A stretch of 64,000 nt of DNA from Phallusia mammillata (taxonomy: Eukaryota): assembly GCA_965637545.1 (NCBI GenBank), contig OZ281496.1, positions 9,796,001 through 9,860,000 on the forward strand, given 5' to 3'. The stretch's first letter is position 1, and the number at the start of each line of letters is the position of its first letter. Made by a program: the position numbers and the translations under genes. The notes under the pieces are model-generated. The model ran no database searches. It was not told the DNA's origin and was given only the letters and a program-made list of their open reading frames with translations. Positions 61,976-64,000 of this stretch are shown here, piece after piece.

Positions 61976-64000
61976 TTAAAGTGGGGTTTCGTCCACAACT
62001 ATCACGTTCACTCGTCGGTCGGCTTCAGGCTGTTGACGTGGACGAAACTCACGCAAACGCTCACGAATATAATCATAGAGCATTTTTGGTGCGTTGGAGT
62101 AGATGAGAGGATTGAGGGAGCTGTTGACGGGAAGCAGGATTATTGCCGAAACTGCGTAGATCACTGCAGGTACAGTTGTTCCACCGAAGTTCAAGAAAGC
62201 CATTATCGAAATTGGAATCCAGCAGAAGAAATCAGTGAAGATCAGTCGGATGATTTTCTTCTGCATTTCTGTGAAAAACAAAACAGTTTTACTGTTTTTC
62301 TTACACAAACATATCTCATTAGGTTTACCTTGGTTTTGTTTTTCCGCTCTTGGGTTTCTCGCCCTCTCGTTTACTTTCCTGCCACGGGCCGTTGACTTTT
62401 TGTAAATCCAAATGTACGTCACTGCCACAAATAGAAAAGCCAAAAAGTTGAGTATGATGATACCAAGTGAATATGCCCAAGCCTTGTCTGTTGGTTTTAC
62501 GTAAAGTTTGCTGATGCAAACGCTGTTGGTGCTGTAATATCTATGAGTAATATATAAAGGTATTAAAATACTCAATACTTTGTAACCCATCAGTATTGCA
62601 ACCACATACCCGAAATATCCTGCAATGTCAAACATTTCAGTGTAGTTATAGTCTTTGAGAACATCCACAAAATCCGTCCAGGAATAAGCATTTTCTAGCT
62701 TCACAATTGCAGTTTCATACTGCTGGGAACCGTTGAGAGTGAAATTATGTTGAAAATCTACAAACTGCTCCATGAAATTCTCCATGCCTTCACAAAATAC
62801 ACCATTTTAAACCGAATCAATAACTAACTATGATTTGAATGGAAGTACAAAATCTTACTTGAAAAGTCCACTGCAGCACTTTGAAAAAATGGGTTTTTCT
62901 TTATCCAAGCTTTGGTTTCGAACAAATGTTGGAATTGGGATGTGAGAGGAATAAATGCTAGAGTGAATGAAATTGACCACGACAATAGAATGGTAAGGAT
63001 GACAACTTTAAGCTTCGGGTGTAGAGATGCGTTGAAAGGCTGCAAAAATAGTTTCAATGAACCATGGATGTACATGAATACAACTGAATTACTCACGTAT
63101 TTTACAGCATAGAGTCGAAATGATGTCAGCAAAACCATTGTAAATACTGATGTTTCGCTGGAAAGCAAAACCAATATTCCCATTGTAGTGCAACTTCCAC
63201 TTGACCTCCAAACAAGGTCATTGGCGCAGTAATTTCCAGAGTAGTGAACACCAGCTGCACCCAGCATGAGCAGATAAACTCCCATGAGCAGGTCAGAAAC
63301 AGAAAGATTGAGGACAAGAAGATGGTTGGTGCGAAATGCAGCCGTTTGTGATTCTGTTGTCATCAGAGTTTTTGCTTCCGTAACCATGACGACCTGTGAT
63401 GTAAATGCAACATTCAACTGTAATTCTTCATGTGTTGTTTTTATTTTGCATTTCATGCGGTATAAGTAAATCAAGTCTAAACATACCAAATTTCCAAAGA
63501 TTGCAAGAAAGCCCATGATCCACACAACAGCTCGTAAAAATGGATTAGCGATCAGCTCGTATCGCGAGGAGAAAATGTTCTCATCTGTTCTTGTCGATTT
63601 TGATGGACATTCGTCACTCCAGTCAGAACAATCTCCAAATCCGTTGAACTTCTGTTGGTTTGCAACACTATTATGATGAAAACTGGAATTACCCAGTTGT
63701 CATTTCATGTAGTAATACCTTTTCCTTTTTAACAAAGAGTGGTTGTTTGTTTTCGCAATAGAACCTTCCGTCACTCGTGCAGTTTTTTTCATCACTTCCA
63801 TCATCGCAGTTCATAGTGAAATCACAAACCTCTGCGTTGCTAATGGAAACCTGAAAACAAAGAATTATGTTGCAATCAAAAATCATTACCTTCTGAAACA
63901 GCATACCTTAACTCCATTTAACGCTGAGCAATAGAATCTATCTTGCTTTGTACACTTTTCAGGTTGTTCGTCACTCTTGTCTTTGCAGTGAACAATACCG
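61976..64000 (-). CDS. LDLa-repeat GPCR, copy 3 (5' part outside the window)
   Basis: Exons: >64000-63907, 63850-63719, 63651-63487, 63393-63097, 63039-62859, 62787-62610, 62540-62329, 62268-61976. All are GT-AG with the same lengths as copy 1, no stops, ending ..VDETPL*. The 3' flank 60675-61900 matches 1845-2950 of copy 1. Confidence 0.9.

Noticed and set aside
61976-62785. The 269-aa ORF as a single-exon gene
   Set aside because: It contains two GT-AG introns whose positions match non-3n introns in copies 1 and 2. Splicing restores the conserved FGYYSTNSVC and NQEMQKK.

Overview
Eukaryotic, AT-rich invertebrate DNA. It looks ascidian/tunicate-like, but that is an inference from the 54-93 bp introns and the gene family, not a database result. 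The window is a head-to-tail tandem array of three minus-strand paralogues of a rhodopsin-class GPCR related to RXFP/GRL101. Each has many LDL-receptor class A (LDLa) modules, no LRR block, and a very long ECL2. Copy 1 (3030-14380, 15 coding exons, about 1059 aa) and copy 2 (38286-44214, 13 exons, about 851 aa) both splice into uninterrupted reading frames with GT-AG introns. Copy 3 (61976->64000) runs off the window. Copy 2 lacks one two-exon module; its exon 3 is an in-frame chimera joined at a 17-bp identity. Each gene is followed 3' by the same ~190-bp degenerate satellite. The intergenic DNA (15-36 kb and 45-59 kb) is a mosaic of repeatedly duplicated, decayed modules that seem to retain a latent minus-strand reading frame. 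It also carries many hAT MITEs with 8-bp TSDs (some nested), a piggyBac-like relic, Tx1/L1-type ORF1 relics, an inverted pair of Penelope GIY-YIG relics, and a hammerhead-ribozyme (retrozyme-like) element. No tRNA, rRNA or CRISPR array was recognised.
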